Assembly (NCBI GenBank): GCA_000996025.1
Contig: LBYF01000001.1
Location: forward strand, 3,507 to 67,506
Origin: Parcubacteria group bacterium GW2011_GWA2_40_14
GTDB taxonomy: Bacteria > Patescibacteriota > Minisyncoccia > Phycocordibacterales > DATDWN01
Direction of reading: 5' to 3'
DNA length: 64,000 bases
Shown here: one piece after another, positions 26,970 through 36,973 of the stretch
Position numbering within the stretch: position 1 is the stretch's first letter
How the letters are laid out: every line of letters starts with the position of its first letter
Notes under the pieces: model-generated
Databases searched by the model: none
Told to the model about the DNA's origin: nothing
The model's input: the letters and a program-made list of their open reading frames with translations, nothing else
Translations under genes and position numbers: made by a program

Positions 26970-29528
26970 ATGAAAACTACTCCGGAGTATCCTACTCTCG
27001 CTATTTCATCTGAACTTGATGAAGTTTTAAATTCGAAAACACCTGCGCATTTTGATATTTTGCGTAAGCAAACTGAAACACCTCTGATTAGAGGAGGTGA
27101 AAAAGCTTTTTTGCAAGCAGCCAGAGAAAATCAGCCGACAGATTTACCTATTCCTTCCGATGAGGGAATTGTTCATTTTGAAAATGTAACAGTTTCTTCC
27201 TCTCCAGATAAAAATCGCCCTGAAAAAGTAAAAAATACGGAAGAAAAGAAAGAGGAAAAATTTCTTTTGCCTTCGCAAATATTGTTATCTCTGGATGAGA
27301 TGATAAAGAGTGGTCGCCTATTAAAATTCTTGAGATTTAGTGTGGCCGATGCAACTTCAAGTGACGACGTTGAATATTTTTTATTCATTGCCTGTGAAAA
27401 GGGTGATATTACAGTAGAAGAAAAACGAGAGATGCTCGCTTTTTTGAAATCGGAGACAACAGTTTCCTCCATCAGTGAAAAAGTGAAAAATCCTCCGAAT
27501 GCTGAAGGGGATTTAAAAATAGAAGAAGTGGTTGGAGAGACTTTACCGGAGCAGATAGAGGACACTCTTAGAGAGGCGCGTTCAGAATACGCAACACAAC
27601 TTATTGCTTGGAAAAATGAAATTCGGCAGAAAAAAGGAAAATTTGCAAAAGTTCTAGCAGACCTGGGTGGAGAACGGTCTCTGCCAGACCAAGAAAAGCC
27701 CCAAGAATTGAAAGATGCAGAAGAAGCTTATCTGGTAGCTAAAAAGAAAAAGAGACAAGTAATGTTTAGTCAGAGTGAAACTATGGTTGGAATGGAAGGC
27801 GACTACCAGTTCAATATGGAAATGATAAAAGAAGCCGAGAATGAATACATTTCTCTGCAAAGAAAAATTACAGAGTCACTGCCTCCTTTGGAAAAAGGCA
27901 TTGTCACAAAGGCCTTTGAAAAATGGGCCAAACTTCCTATGCCTGCACGGGTTGCTCTTAGTACGGCATTGCTTACAGGTACTTCTGTTGCTATTGGTTC
28001 TTTGGCACTCGGCGGCGCAGCGGCATATGGCGGATATCGTCTGGCACGCGGACTTGCTGGCGCCAGTGTCTCACAAGGAGTTGGTAAATTGGTAGACGGT
28101 ATATTTAGAAAAGGAAATGAAAGAATGAAGAGTAATATACTAGAGCAATATGGTACCAATATATCAGAAGAAAATTTTGAAAAGAAAGAGAAAGAAATGA
28201 TGCGAGCATTTGAGAAAGAAGAAAACGCTATAAAACGTCAGCGTTTATACAAAGCGACCGCGATGATAACTTCCGGTGGATTTGCAGCAGGAGTGCTTGG
28301 TAAAATTTCTTCTTTACAGAGCGCTGTGAATGCGCCAACTGTCGGAGGAGGAGTTCGTCTGTCGGAAAATATTCCAAAATCTGGGGTAATTGTATCGGAA
28401 CCTACGCCTCCTCCTGTGCCTGGACCCATGCTTGGACCAAAGGTGGTGGCAGAATTGCCGACAACGAAAGTGGAGCTTTCTCCGCGTGGATTTATTCAAG
28501 ATTTTGAAAATCTAAAAGCCAAGCTTGTAGAACAATATGGCGGGACGGATAAAGTGCCTGGGCAATACGAGCATTTTGTCAAAACTCCGGCTGTGAAACT
28601 GGCACAAGAGTTTGGTTTTTACGATGCAGAAAAAAATATGAGTGGAATAGGACTGAAAGGTGAGAGTTTGATACTGGACACAAAAGGCAACCTGGTCTAT
28701 CACCAGCTGGATGGTTCTGACCACATCATGATGGATACAAATACAGGAAGCGTGGAAGAAAAATTCAGTGGGAAAATGTTTACAAAGGATATTTCCGAAG
28801 AAGCAACTGCAGATAACGTTTCAGTTGAAACCAAGCCACAATCTGAAGTTTCTGTTGAACCGGAAGTAGTAGAAAATGCTCCACAGGCAACCGAGGCAGA
28901 AAATGTTCCTGAGATAAGTGAACCTGTTTCAGAGTCTGAAATGCCTGCTGAACCTCACGGAGCTGTTGAAAGCACTCCTATGGAAGCGGAAGCTAGTGTC
29001 TCCGAACCTCAGATTTTAAGGCATTTTCCAAGAAGCTTTGAAGAAACATCCATTAGTACACCTTCTGGAGTAACTCTCCACTATGACATTTCAACTGGCA
29101 AGAGCATTCCTGAATCGCTTCTTCTCAATGAGGTAGAATTTGCCCGTCGCTATAACTCTGGCGGAGCTGAAATATGGAAACTGGATGATAAATTTCAGAA
29201 TGGGAATGAATACAAAAATGTGCGCGCACTTTTAGCCCAATCAACCGAAGACCCAAGATATGTAAAACAGTTGGGCCGAATTGTGATGTCTGTGCCGTTT
29301 GAAGATGGCAAAATCCATATTGTTCAGGGTGTAGGCGGAGGCAATCCGAATGAAGCGACAGTTCTTTTGAATGGCAAAGAAGTTGCTAGAGGCACTCTGA
29401 CCCAAACCGGCCCGAAAATAGAATTAATCAAGGGACTCAAAGGAGGATTGCTTTTCCCTGACACGGCTTACGAGCGAGCATTCAAAAAAGTTTTACCTGT
29501 TATTAAGACATTAAAAATGAGAGAATAA
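26970..29528 (+). CDS. Large hypothetical protein with Gly/Ala hydrophobic segments and a Pro/Glu linker
   Basis: 852-aa ORF inserted between fusA and tuf; no family recognised. Confidence 0.85.
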   Translation: MKTTPEYPTLAISSELDEVLNSKTPAHFDILRKQTETPLIRGGEKAFLQAARENQPTDLPIPSDEGIVHFENVTVSSSPDKNRPEKVKNTEEKKEEKFLLPSQILLSLDEMIKSGRLLKFLRFSVADATSSDDVEYFLFIACEKGDITVEEKREMLAFLKSETTVSSISEKVKNPPNAEGDLKIEEVVGETLPEQIEDTLREARSEYATQLIAWKNEIRQKKGKFAKVLADLGGERSLPDQEKPQELKDAEEAYLVAKKKKRQVMFSQSETMVGMEGDYQFNMEMIKEAENEYISLQRKITESLPPLEKGIVTKAFEKWAKLPMPARVALSTALLTGTSVAIGSLALGGAAAYGGYRLARGLAGASVSQGVGKLVDGIFRKGNERMKSNILEQYGTNISEENFEKKEKEMMRAFEKEENAIKRQRLYKATAMITSGGFAAGVLGKISSLQSAVNAPTVGGGVRLSENIPKSGVIVSEPTPPPVPGPMLGPKVVAELPTTKVELSPRGFIQDFENLKAKLVEQYGGTDKVPGQYEHFVKTPAVKLAQEFGFYDAEKNMSGIGLKGESLILDTKGNLVYHQLDGSDHIMMDTNTGSVEEKFSGKMFTKDISEEATADNVSVETKPQSEVSVEPEVVENAPQATEAENVPEISEPVSESEMPAEPHGAVESTPMEAEASVSEPQILRHFPRSFEETSISTPSGVTLHYDISTGKSIPESLLLNEVEFARRYNSGGAEIWKLDDKFQNGNEYKNVRALLAQSTEDPRYVKQLGRIVMSVPFEDGKIHIVQGVGGGNPNEATVLLNGKEVARGTLTQTGPKIELIKGLKGGLLFPDTAYERAFKKVLPVIKTLKMRE

Positions 29529-29537
29529 ACATATTGT

Positions 29538-29837
29538 ATGAGCAACATTTTATCAAAGGATATAATAAAAGAATGGGGACTTGGTACTTTACCAGAAGCA
29601 AAACAATTGGAGATTGTAGAGCGTATGGGACGTCTCTTGTACCAGGCTTTACTTGTACGAGCTCTGGATATTCTCTCTGAAAAAGAGCAGGTGGAGTTTG
29701 ATTTGCTTTTGGACGAAGATACTACAACACCTCAAGATGTTTTAAAATTTCTGGAGTCAAAAATTCCAACATTTGACATTCTCCTTGCCGAAGAAAAACA
29801 AAAATTGAAAGAAGATTTACTTGTGCCCGTGGCGTAA
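29538..29837 (+). CDS. Small acidic helical hypothetical protein (DUF5663-like)
   Basis: 99 aa; pattern resembles a common CPR small-protein family. Confidence 0.75.
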   Translation: MSNILSKDIIKEWGLGTLPEAKQLEIVERMGRLLYQALLVRALDILSEKEQVEFDLLLDEDTTTPQDVLKFLESKIPTFDILLAEEKQKLKEDLLVPVA

Positions 29838-29927
29838 TTTGACATTGGAAGTCATTTTGTATAGTATATTAAACATCGCGTTTTCGTGATTTTTTAATTT
29901 TATAAACAATTTATTAAATAACCACAC

Positions 29928-29991
29928 GCTTTCAGATTTGGATGCCGAGCACCAGAAAATTCATTGGTGCTTCGGCGCCAAATGTGGAAGC
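29928..29991 (-). mobile_element. Short family E variant in the tuf leader
   Basis: gctttcagatttg...caaatgtggaagc; same ends as 23259-23379. Confidence 0.65.
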
Positions 29992-30016
29992 TCTGTGACT
30001 AACATACAAAAATACA

Positions 30017-31222
30017 ATGGCAGAATCAGCAAAATTTGATAGAAGCAAGCCCCACATCAATGTGGGTACTATTGGTCACGTTGACCACGGCAAGACTACA
30101 TTAACAGCAGCTATTTTGGCTGTGCTTGGAAGAGCTGGCGCGGGATATTCATCCAGACTAAAAGGAGTTGACCAAATCGACTCCGCACCTGAAGAAAAAG
30201 CTCGTGGAATCACCATCGCTTTATCCCACAACGAGTATGAGACACCTGCCCGTCACTATGCTCACGTGGATGCTCCTGGTCACGCCGACTATATTAAAAA
30301 CATGATTACTGGCGCCGCACAGATGGACGGCGCAGTCCTTGTGGTTGCCGCAACAGACGGTGTCATGCCTCAAACACGAGAGCATGTTCTCCTTGCAAAA
30401 CAAGTTGGTGTGCCAAAGATAATCGTATTTCTAAACAAATGCGATATGGTTCCAGACAAAGAGCTTATTGATTTGGTGGAGGAAGAAGTTCGAGAACTTC
30501 TAACAAAACAAGGTTTTGATGGCGCGGGAGCTCCTGTAATCCGAGGTTCAGGATTGAAAGCTCTTGAGTCAAAAGACAATACAGACGAATGGGCAATGAA
30601 AGTTCTGGACTTGGCTAGTGCATTGGACACATATTTCCCAATTCCACAGCGAGATTTGGACAAGCCATTCCTCATGCCAGTTGAAGACATTTTCTCTATT
30701 GAAGGACGAGGTACTGTAGTAACAGGCCGTATTGAAAGAGGCGTTGTTAAAGTTGGCGAGGAAATAGAATGTATTGGATTGAAAGACACACAGAAATATA
30801 CAGTTACTGGTATTGAAATGTTCAACAAGTCTCTTGACCAAGGTCAGGCAGGAGACAACGCTGGAATCTTGCTCCGTGGTGCCAAGAAAGAAGAAATTCA
30901 CCGAGGTCAGGTGCTGTCAAAGCCAAAGTCTGTTACTCCTCACACAGAATTTACAGCAGAGGTTTATATCTTGAAGAAAGAAGAAGGTGGACGACACACA
31001 CCTTTCTTTACTGGTTACAAACCGCAGTTTTACATCCGAACAACAGATGTTACAGGTGACGTTACTCTAAACGAAGGTGTTGAGATGGTCATGCCTGGAG
31101 ATACAGTCACTTTCAAAGTAAAGCTCGTTGCTCCGGTTGCGCTTGAAGACAATACGCGATTTGCTATACGCGAGGGAGGAAAGACTGTTGGCGCTGGGGT
31201 CGTTACCAAGATCATAGCGTAA
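30017..31222 (+). CDS. tuf: Elongation factor Tu
   Basis: [23 protein letters not shown]. Confidence 0.99.
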   Translation: MAESAKFDRSKPHINVGTIGHVDHGKTTLTAAILAVLGRAGAGYSSRLKGVDQIDSAPEEKARGITIALSHNEYETPARHYAHVDAPGHADYIKNMITGAAQMDGAVLVVAATDGVMPQTREHVLLAKQVGVPKIIVFLNKCDMVPDKELIDLVEEEVRELLTKQGFDGAGAPVIRGSGLKALESKDNTDEWAMKVLDLASALDTYFPIPQRDLDKPFLMPVEDIFSIEGRGTVVTGRIERGVVKVGEEIECIGLKDTQKYTVTGIEMFNKSLDQGQAGDNAGILLRGAKKEEIHRGQVLSKPKSVTPHTEFTAEVYILKKEEGGRHTPFFTGYKPQFYIRTTDVTGDVTLNEGVEMVMPGDTVTFKVKLVAPVALEDNTRFAIREGGKTVGAGVVTKIIA

Positions 31223-31338
31223 CTTCCAAATTCGGCGTACTGCGTTGTTGGACTTCAAAATTTGATTGTCACCGTACGACGAGTACGGCTCCAATCAAAT
31301 TCCTCGTCCGCCTAGCATCGCATCTAAATTTGAAAGTT
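31221..31338 (+). mobile_element. Family E element starting in the tuf stop codon
   Basis: aacttccaaatt...gtcaccgtac-gacga-gtacggctcc...aatttgaaagtt. Confidence 0.8.
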
Positions 31339-31413
31339 AGAGATTACTTACTATTTAGTTTTCAAAAGTTATAATAAAAAACTGCTCATGTGAGCAGTTT
31401 TTTGTATTGACTT

Positions 31414-31623
31414 TTATTTTTCATCTTCTATTTTAAATCCGTCTGCAGGTTGACCTTCTTTTAATGCTCGTACCGCAGCTTCCAAAGCAAGCACACTCAT
31501 TTTATATTGGTCTTCCTTGGCTTTGTTAATTATAGATAGAATTTATTCTCCTAAAGCTTTTTTCTTTTCAATTTCTCCCACTTGTTCTGGTGGCATCTCC
31601 ATACTGGATGTTTCTTCACTCAT
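31414..31623 (-). pseudogene. 70-codon ORF with one internal TAA
   Basis: MSEETSSMEMPPEQVGEIEKKKALGE*ILSIINKAKEDQYKMSVLALEAAVRALKEGQPADGFKIEDEK*. Confidence 0.6.
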
Positions 31624-31760
31624 GATTTTTTGTTATTTAATATGTCATCATTATAGCATGGGAAGTGATTTTGAGTTAATAACTTCACTACGATACCCCA
31701 TCATTTAGAGGCGGGGGTTTGTTTTGCCAAAAATTCATCTCTTACGATATCTCGTAATAA

Positions 31761-31798
31761 ATACACCTATCATACGCTATAGCGTATGATAGGTGTAT
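31761..31798. repeat. Perfect 38-bp loop-less palindrome
   Basis: atacacctatcatacgcta|tagcgtatgataggtgtat; homologous to 40268-40313. Confidence 0.95.
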
Positions 31799-31887
31799 AG
31801 TGAACTATTCATTTTAGGGTTACTATGTAGTTTTGTTTTTGTCAAAAATTTGCCAAAATTTAATTTAAAACTGATATAATTTAGTAA

Positions 31888-32291
31888 ATGATTAATTTCA
31901 AAAAACTACTGAAAGAGAAAAGGGCTTGATATATAAAACTGTCGGAAAAGTTTATCGTCCTATTTTGAAAGAATATGTTACTTTTAATTCTAAAGGTTTT
32001 TATCACTTACGATACGATACTCACGAGAAAGCGAGAAGGGTGAAAGAACAAATATACAAATTTAATTTGCTTCCACTTATTATTCCCGCAATTAAAAACG
32101 CAAAAAATGTGTTTGATTATAAAAAAGAGCAGTATTCCAAACTCCTTGGCAAATATTACGAAATATGGGAACTTCGAGAAACTGTTGGAGGGAAAAACCC
32201 AACTTCGCTATCTGTGATTTTGAGAAGGATCGGGAACGGAAATATTACATTTCTTAGTGTGTATGACAGAAAACCAAAAATGAAAAAATAG
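31888..32291 (+). pseudogene. Basic toxin/nuclease-like gene, apparently frameshifted near its 5' end
   Basis: TATAAT-7-ATG at 31888 reads MINFKKLLKEKRA*; the body (FNSKGFYHL...GNGNITFLSV) is in another frame from 31926. Confidence 0.6.
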
Positions 32292-32295
32292 AAAC

Positions 32296-32387
32296 AAAAA
32301 AGCCATCATGGGGATGGTATTTTTGTGACGTCCACTTTCGGCGTAGAGTAACCTCAAGCCGAATAAAGCTTGCGCTTGATGGACGCT
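32296..32387 (-). ncRNA. Candidate structured small RNA convergent on the 31888-32291 gene
   Basis: Minus-strand TTGACT-17-TATACT (32422-32394); outer stem gcgtcca/tggacgt, GCAA tetraloop hairpin, then a hairpin plus T-run. Confidence 0.6.
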
Positions 32388-32475
32388 AGAGGCAGTATAT
32401 ATGGAAAGGCATTAAAAGTCAATGAATGAATAAATTTGACCCCATAACTATTCTCTGCTAGTATCTTTCTTACAT

Positions 32476-32898
32476 ATGGTAACGAAAGAAGCTCCTACAA
32501 AGAAAGTGGCGGGAAAGACGGCGGTCAAAAAGACTGCGGCTAAAGTTGTTGCCAAACCTAAAGTTGCAAAGGCGCCCGCAAAGCAAGAAACAGTTTCCAA
32601 ACTGCGTATTCGGGTACAGGCCTACGAATACAAGATTCTTGATTTGTCAGTCAAGCAAATCATAGATACGGCTATTCGTTATGATGCTGTAGTGCAAGGA
32701 CCTATTCCTCTTCCGACAAATATAAAAAAATACACTGTCAATCGTTCGGCATTTATTTTTAAAAACGCCCGCGAGCAGTTTGAAATGCGAATTCACAAAC
32801 GACTGATTGATATTTTGAACCCTACTCCAAAGATAATGGAGGCACTGACGAATCTCTCACTTCCGAGTGGTGTAAATATTGATGTAAAAATTATTTAA
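32476..32898 (+). CDS. rpsJ: 30S ribosomal protein S10 with K/A-rich N-terminal extension
   Basis: GPIPLPT, REQFEMRIHKRLIDI. Confidence 0.97.
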   Translation: MVTKEAPTKKVAGKTAVKKTAAKVVAKPKVAKAPAKQETVSKLRIRVQAYEYKILDLSVKQIIDTAIRYDAVVQGPIPLPTNIKKYTVNRSAFIFKNAREQFEMRIHKRLIDILNPTPKIMEALTNLSLPSGVNIDVKII

Positions 32899-32941
32899 CC
32901 GTATGGTTGAATAAAAAGCTGATATCTGCTAATGTATCTCA

Positions 32942-32988
32942 ATCCCATTAGAACTAACGGATTTATAAAATCCTATTTCTAACGGGAT
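32942..32988. repeat. Intergenic hairpin at the rpsJ/rplC junction
   Basis: atcccattagaa...ggattt/aaatcc...ttctaacgggat. Confidence 0.65.
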
Positions 32989-33019
32989 AAATCGCCGTTA
33001 CGGCATTTTTATTTTTCTT

Positions 33020-33655
33020 ATGACTAAATTTATATTAGGCACAAAAATAAATATGACCCAAATCTTTGACGAGGCGGGGATTGTTCATCCAGTAACTGCC
33101 ATCAAGGCGGGACCGATGATTGTCACACAGGTTAAGTCTGAAAAAACAGATGGTTATTCTGCCATCCAAGTCGGTTTTGGCGCACGCAAAGCAAAAAATA
33201 TAAATAAACCTTTGAGAGGTCATATTAAAGATAATAATTTTATGTATCTTCGCGAATTTCGTACAGATGATACACAGGGTAACCCTGTGTATACTGTCGG
33301 CGATGCGATTGACATTTCCACTTTTTCTGAAGGTGATAAAGTTACTGTTTCCAGTATTTCAAAAGGCAAAGGTTTTCAAGGTGTTGTAAAGCGACACGGT
33401 TTTAAAGGGGGTCCTCGTTCACACGGACAAAAGCATTCCGAACGCGAGCCGGGCTCTATAGGTGGCGGTGGTCGTGACGGCGGACGTGTGGCAAAAGGAA
33501 AAAGAATGGCAGGTCGTATGGGCGGAGACAGAATCACTTCAAAAGGTTTGACGATAGTTTCTGTCAAACCAGAAACAGGCGAGCTTTTTATTCGTGGAGC
33601 GGTGCCGGGAAGAAGGGGAACATTAATAGAGATAAGAGATACGAGTAAAGAGTAA
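33020..33655 (+). CDS. rplC: 50S ribosomal protein L3
   Basis: SKGKGFQGVVKRHGF, REPGSIG. Confidence 0.98.
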   Translation: MTKFILGTKINMTQIFDEAGIVHPVTAIKAGPMIVTQVKSEKTDGYSAIQVGFGARKAKNINKPLRGHIKDNNFMYLREFRTDDTQGNPVYTVGDAIDISTFSEGDKVTVSSISKGKGFQGVVKRHGFKGGPRSHGQKHSEREPGSIGGGGRDGGRVAKGKRMAGRMGGDRITSKGLTIVSVKPETGELFIRGAVPGRRGTLIEIRDTSKE

Positions 33656-33701
33656 CGGATTTGAATTATTCGTAACTCGTATCTCGATACTCGTAACTCT
33701 A
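33627..33701. repeat. Family C palindrome overlapping the rplC 3' end
   Basis: tagagat aagagat acgagta aagagta acgga ... tcgtaac tcgtatc tcgatac tcgtaac tcta. Confidence 0.9.
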
Positions 33702-33710
33702 TTCAAAATT

Positions 33711-34427
33711 ATGGAAGGAACAATTTACAACCAAAAAGGAAAGGAATCAGGAAAAATCTCCCTGCCGGAAGCAGTTTTTGGTTTGAAGTGGAATGCCGAC
33801 CTTGTGCATCAGGTTGTTGTTTCTATGGAATCAAGCGCCCGTACACCTGTGGCTCATGCAAAAAACCGTGGGGATGTAAGAGGCGGAGGTAAAAAGCCAT
33901 GGAAGCAAAAAGGCACTGGTCGTGCTCGCCATGGTTCAATCCGTTCTCCCCTCTGGAGACATGGAGGTGTTACGCACGGCCCAACAAATCTGAAAAATTT
34001 TGATAGAAAAATAAACAAGAAAATGAAAGCCAAAGCGCTTTACACAATCCTTTCCAAAAAATTTAAAGATAATCAGGTAGTTTTTGTTGATAAGATTGAA
34101 TTTTCTTCTATAAAAACAAAATTTGCGAAAGAAGTGATGGATTCACTGTTTGATAAAGCTTCAAAAAAGAAAAACAATGCAATTCTTCTTACAATTCCAA
34201 AGAAAGATAAAAACGTGGAAAAAAGTTTCAGTAATTTTGGCAATCTAAAAGTGGATGAAATTCGAAACATTAGTCCGATTGATTTGATGAAATATAAATA
34301 TGTTGCTATCGTTGATCCAGAAAAAGGTCTACCACAAATTTCTAATAAAATCGAGGTAAGAGTAAAGAGTAAAGAGTTACGAAAAATCCAAAATTCAGAT
34401 TCTAAACTCGATACTCATAACTCGTAA
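33711..34427 (+). CDS. rplD: 50S ribosomal protein L4
   Basis: KPWKQKGTGRARHGS; C-terminal tail encoded by the family C repeat. Confidence 0.98.
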   Translation: MEGTIYNQKGKESGKISLPEAVFGLKWNADLVHQVVVSMESSARTPVAHAKNRGDVRGGGKKPWKQKGTGRARHGSIRSPLWRHGGVTHGPTNLKNFDRKINKKMKAKALYTILSKKFKDNQVVFVDKIEFSSIKTKFAKEVMDSLFDKASKKKNNAILLTIPKKDKNVEKSFSNFGNLKVDEIRNISPIDLMKYKYVAIVDPEKGLPQISNKIEVRVKSKELRKIQNSDSKLDTHNS

Positions 34428-34432
34428 CTCTA
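34351..34432. repeat. Family C palindrome inside the rplD 3' end
   Basis: tcgaggt aagagta aagagta aagagtt acgaa ... tctaaac tcgatac tcataac tcgtaac tcta. Confidence 0.9.
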
Positions 34433-34438
34433 CCCAAT

Positions 34439-34717
34439 ATGAATGATCTGACACATATTTTAATAAGACCGCACATTACCGAGAAAGCAACAATATCGGC
34501 GGAGTCTTCAGTCTATGTTTTTGAAATAGATGCTCGTACCACAAAAGCTATAGTGAAAAAAGCATTTGTAGAAAAATACAAAATCACTCCGCTAAAAATC
34601 AGAACGGTTACTATTCCAGCCAAGCAAGTTTTTGTCCGAGGCAAGAGAGGGACAAAGGCCAGTTACAAAAAGGCCTACATTTATTTAAAGAAAGGAACTA
34701 AGGTAGAAAATTTATAG
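34439..34717 (+). CDS. rplW: 50S ribosomal protein L23
   Basis: RPHITEKA, YKKAYIYLK. Confidence 0.96.
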   Translation: MNDLTHILIRPHITEKATISAESSVYVFEIDARTTKAIVKKAFVEKYKITPLKIRTVTIPAKQVFVRGKRGTKASYKKAYIYLKKGTKVENL

Positions 34718-34772
34718 GAATAATAAAGCCGCGCTAAAAGGACGGTTGCGCGACATGATTTCGCTAAATCAC

Positions 34773-35615
34773 ATGAAAAGATATAAACCAACAACAAAAT
34801 CCCGCCGACAAATGACAACTATTTCATTTGGGGATTTTGTGACAACAAACGAGCCGGAGAAATCGTTAACGCACGGTTTCCGAAGACAAATGGGACGAAA
34901 CCATCACGGCAAAGTAACAACTCGTCACAAAGGAGGTGGTCACAAAAGACTCTTCCGAGAGATTGATTTTAAATACGACAAAATAAATGTTCCGTACACT
35001 ATAAAAACAGTAGAGTATGACCCAAACCGCTCTGGCTTTATTGGCTTGGCACAGTATAAAGATGGTGAGAAAAGATACGTTCTTCTTCCTCGTGGAGTAA
35101 AAGTGGGCGATATCCTAGTGACTTCGGAGACAGCAGAAGTAAAAGTTGGAAACAGGCTACCTCTCCGTAACATCACTATCGGCACATTTGTTTACAATGT
35201 AGAAGTCAAGCCAAAAGGTGGCGCAAAAATGGCTCGTTCTGCAGGAAACTTTGTGGAGGTCATTGCAAAGGACGCCGGTTATGTGGACATCAAACTTCCT
35301 TCTACTGAAATCCGCAAAGTGTTGGACACAGCATGGGCATCAATTGGAGATGTTTCAAATCAGGAAAACCGACTGGTCAATCTCGGCAAAGCCGGCCGTT
35401 CACGATGGCTTGGCATACGCCCAACTGTTCGTGGTACGGCCATGAACCCAGTTGACCACCCACACGGAGGAGGTGAAGGTCGCCAAGGTCGCGGCCGCAG
35501 ACGAGCAATCTCCATCTACGGTAAGGGAACAGGAAAGGGTCAGAAGTCCCGAACTCCAAAGAAGTACTCCAATAAATTCATCGTCTCACGAAGAAAAGTT
35601 GGAAAAAGAAAGTAA
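34773..35615 (+). CDS. rplB: 50S ribosomal protein L2
   Basis: EYDPNRS, VRGTAMNPVDHPHGGGEG; ATG at 34773. Confidence 0.98.
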   Translation: MKRYKPTTKSRRQMTTISFGDFVTTNEPEKSLTHGFRRQMGRNHHGKVTTRHKGGGHKRLFREIDFKYDKINVPYTIKTVEYDPNRSGFIGLAQYKDGEKRYVLLPRGVKVGDILVTSETAEVKVGNRLPLRNITIGTFVYNVEVKPKGGAKMARSAGNFVEVIAKDAGYVDIKLPSTEIRKVLDTAWASIGDVSNQENRLVNLGKAGRSRWLGIRPTVRGTAMNPVDHPHGGGEGRQGRGRRRAISIYGKGTGKGQKSRTPKKYSNKFIVSRRKVGKRK

Positions 35616-35644
35616 AAATGATATAGTTGGTTGAGGAGGGACAC

Positions 35645-35893
35645 ATGAGTCTAGAAGAGAGAGAGAGCTTAGAGACAATCGCCAGTCAATTAGGAAAAGA
35701 ATTGGTCGGAGTTATTCCGGGCGTTTGGGGCACCAGTCTTACTGCAAGGCCTGTAAAAGAGCCAGAGTTAAAGCTTAAAGTGATTTGTACCGAGGAAGCT
35801 AAACAAAAAGTTCTTCAAAAATACGGCGACGATAGTTACCGAGGTCATAAACTTTATTTTCAAATTTCAGAACAAGGTCCTCGATTTGCGTAA
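35645..35893 (+). CDS. Small hypothetical protein inserted between rplB and rpsS
   Basis: GAGGAGG before ATG 35645; followed by a terminator-like hairpin agggcggtc..gaccgccct-tttt. Confidence 0.65.
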   Translation: MSLEERESLETIASQLGKELVGVIPGVWGTSLTARPVKEPELKLKVICTEEAKQKVLQKYGDDSYRGHKLYFQISEQGPRFA

Positions 35894-36100
35894 CCATAAT
35901 TTTCTCCAGGGCGGTCCAGGCGACCGCCCTTTTTCATTTGACAATATATAGTATATTATATAGTATGTAGCCCAAGTAAAGAGCCCATTACCTCTTATAC
36001 GATTTGTTTGCGGTAGTCGACAGAATACCACTAACAAAGTGGTTTTTAATTTGTTTTTTTATTCGTATCCATTCGTGTTTTAATTCGTTATTTCGTATTT

Positions 36101-36454
36101 ATGACAAGGTCATCAAAAAAAGGTCCATATGTAGATGAACGAGTTCTCAAGAAAATTGAGGGCAAAAAGCCACTTGAAACAGGGGTTATTAAAACGTGGT
36201 CAAGAGCTTGTGTCATATCACCAGAAATGGTCGGTTTTAATTTTGGTGTTCACAATGGCAGAACTCATCTGGAAGTTCTTGTCTCCGAAGACATGGTCGG
36301 ACACCGTCTGGGTGAATTTTCTCCAACTAAAAAGTTTATAAAACACGGAGGAAAGATGCAGAAAGAGCAAGAGCAGAAAGCAAAGGAAGGCGAGATTGCC
36401 GCCGCACAGTCTGCAAAGGCAGTGACCGCTGAACCAGCAGGAGCAAAAAAATAA
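36101..36454 (+). CDS. rpsS: 30S ribosomal protein S19
   Basis: [22 protein letters not shown]. Confidence 0.98.
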   Translation: MTRSSKKGPYVDERVLKKIEGKKPLETGVIKTWSRACVISPEMVGFNFGVHNGRTHLEVLVSEDMVGHRLGEFSPTKKFIKHGGKMQKEQEQKAKEGEIAAAQSAKAVTAEPAGAKK

Positions 36455-36458
36455 CCGC

Positions 36459-36554
36459 GATACAAATATGCGAATACATACGAATAAAACGAATAGAATA
36501 CAAGAAATGGAATTAATTTTCGTATCATTCGCATAAATTCGTATATTGGTATCG
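36459..36554. repeat. Family A-like palindrome (rpsS/rplV junction)
   Basis: cgatac..gcgaat..acgaat..acgaat / ttcgt..attcgc..attcgt..gtatcg. Confidence 0.75.
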
Positions 36555-36563
36555 ATAAACTAT

Positions 36564-36962
36564 ATGAAAACTGCTCACGCCACACTTTCAAATTTCCGAC
36601 AAGCACCACGCAAAATGCGTATGGTGGCAAATACTGTACGTGGTAAAAGAGTTGTTGATGCCTTGATTAATTTGGAATTTACTGCAAAAAAAGCCTCACT
36701 TCCTATAAAAACTCTTATACAATCTGCCGTGGCAAATGCAAAAGCTATGGACTTGCCTACAGAAAATCTAATAATAAAAACTATCAAAGTAGATTCAGGC
36801 AAAATTTTATACAGGCGAATGCCAGCCGCTCAAGGAAGCGCGCACCCTATACGTAAGAGAACCAGTTCAATCTTTGTTGAACTGGGCGAGAATCGAGAAC
36901 CGAGTACCGAGAAACGAAAAATCAAGAATCCAAAATCGAAACTCGTATCTCGTATCTCTTAA
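36564..36962 (+). CDS. rplV: 50S ribosomal protein L22
   Basis: RQAPRKMRMVA, IRKRTS; ATG at 36564; repeat-encoded tail. Confidence 0.96.
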   Translation: MKTAHATLSNFRQAPRKMRMVANTVRGKRVVDALINLEFTAKKASLPIKTLIQSAVANAKAMDLPTENLIIKTIKVDSGKILYRRMPAAQGSAHPIRKRTSSIFVELGENREPSTEKRKIKNPKSKLVSRIS

Positions 36963-36967
36963 CTCTA
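36886..36967. repeat. Family C palindrome inside the rplV 3' end
   Basis: gcgagaa tcgagaa ccgagta ccgagaa acgaa ... tcgaaac tcgtatc tcgtatc tcttaac tcta. Confidence 0.9.
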
Positions 36968-36973
36968 CCTACC

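Noticed and set aside
31694-31718. IS200/IS605-like end hairpin (accccatcatttagaggcggggg)
   Set aside because: Weak pairing, single copy, and no tnpA/tnpB in the window.
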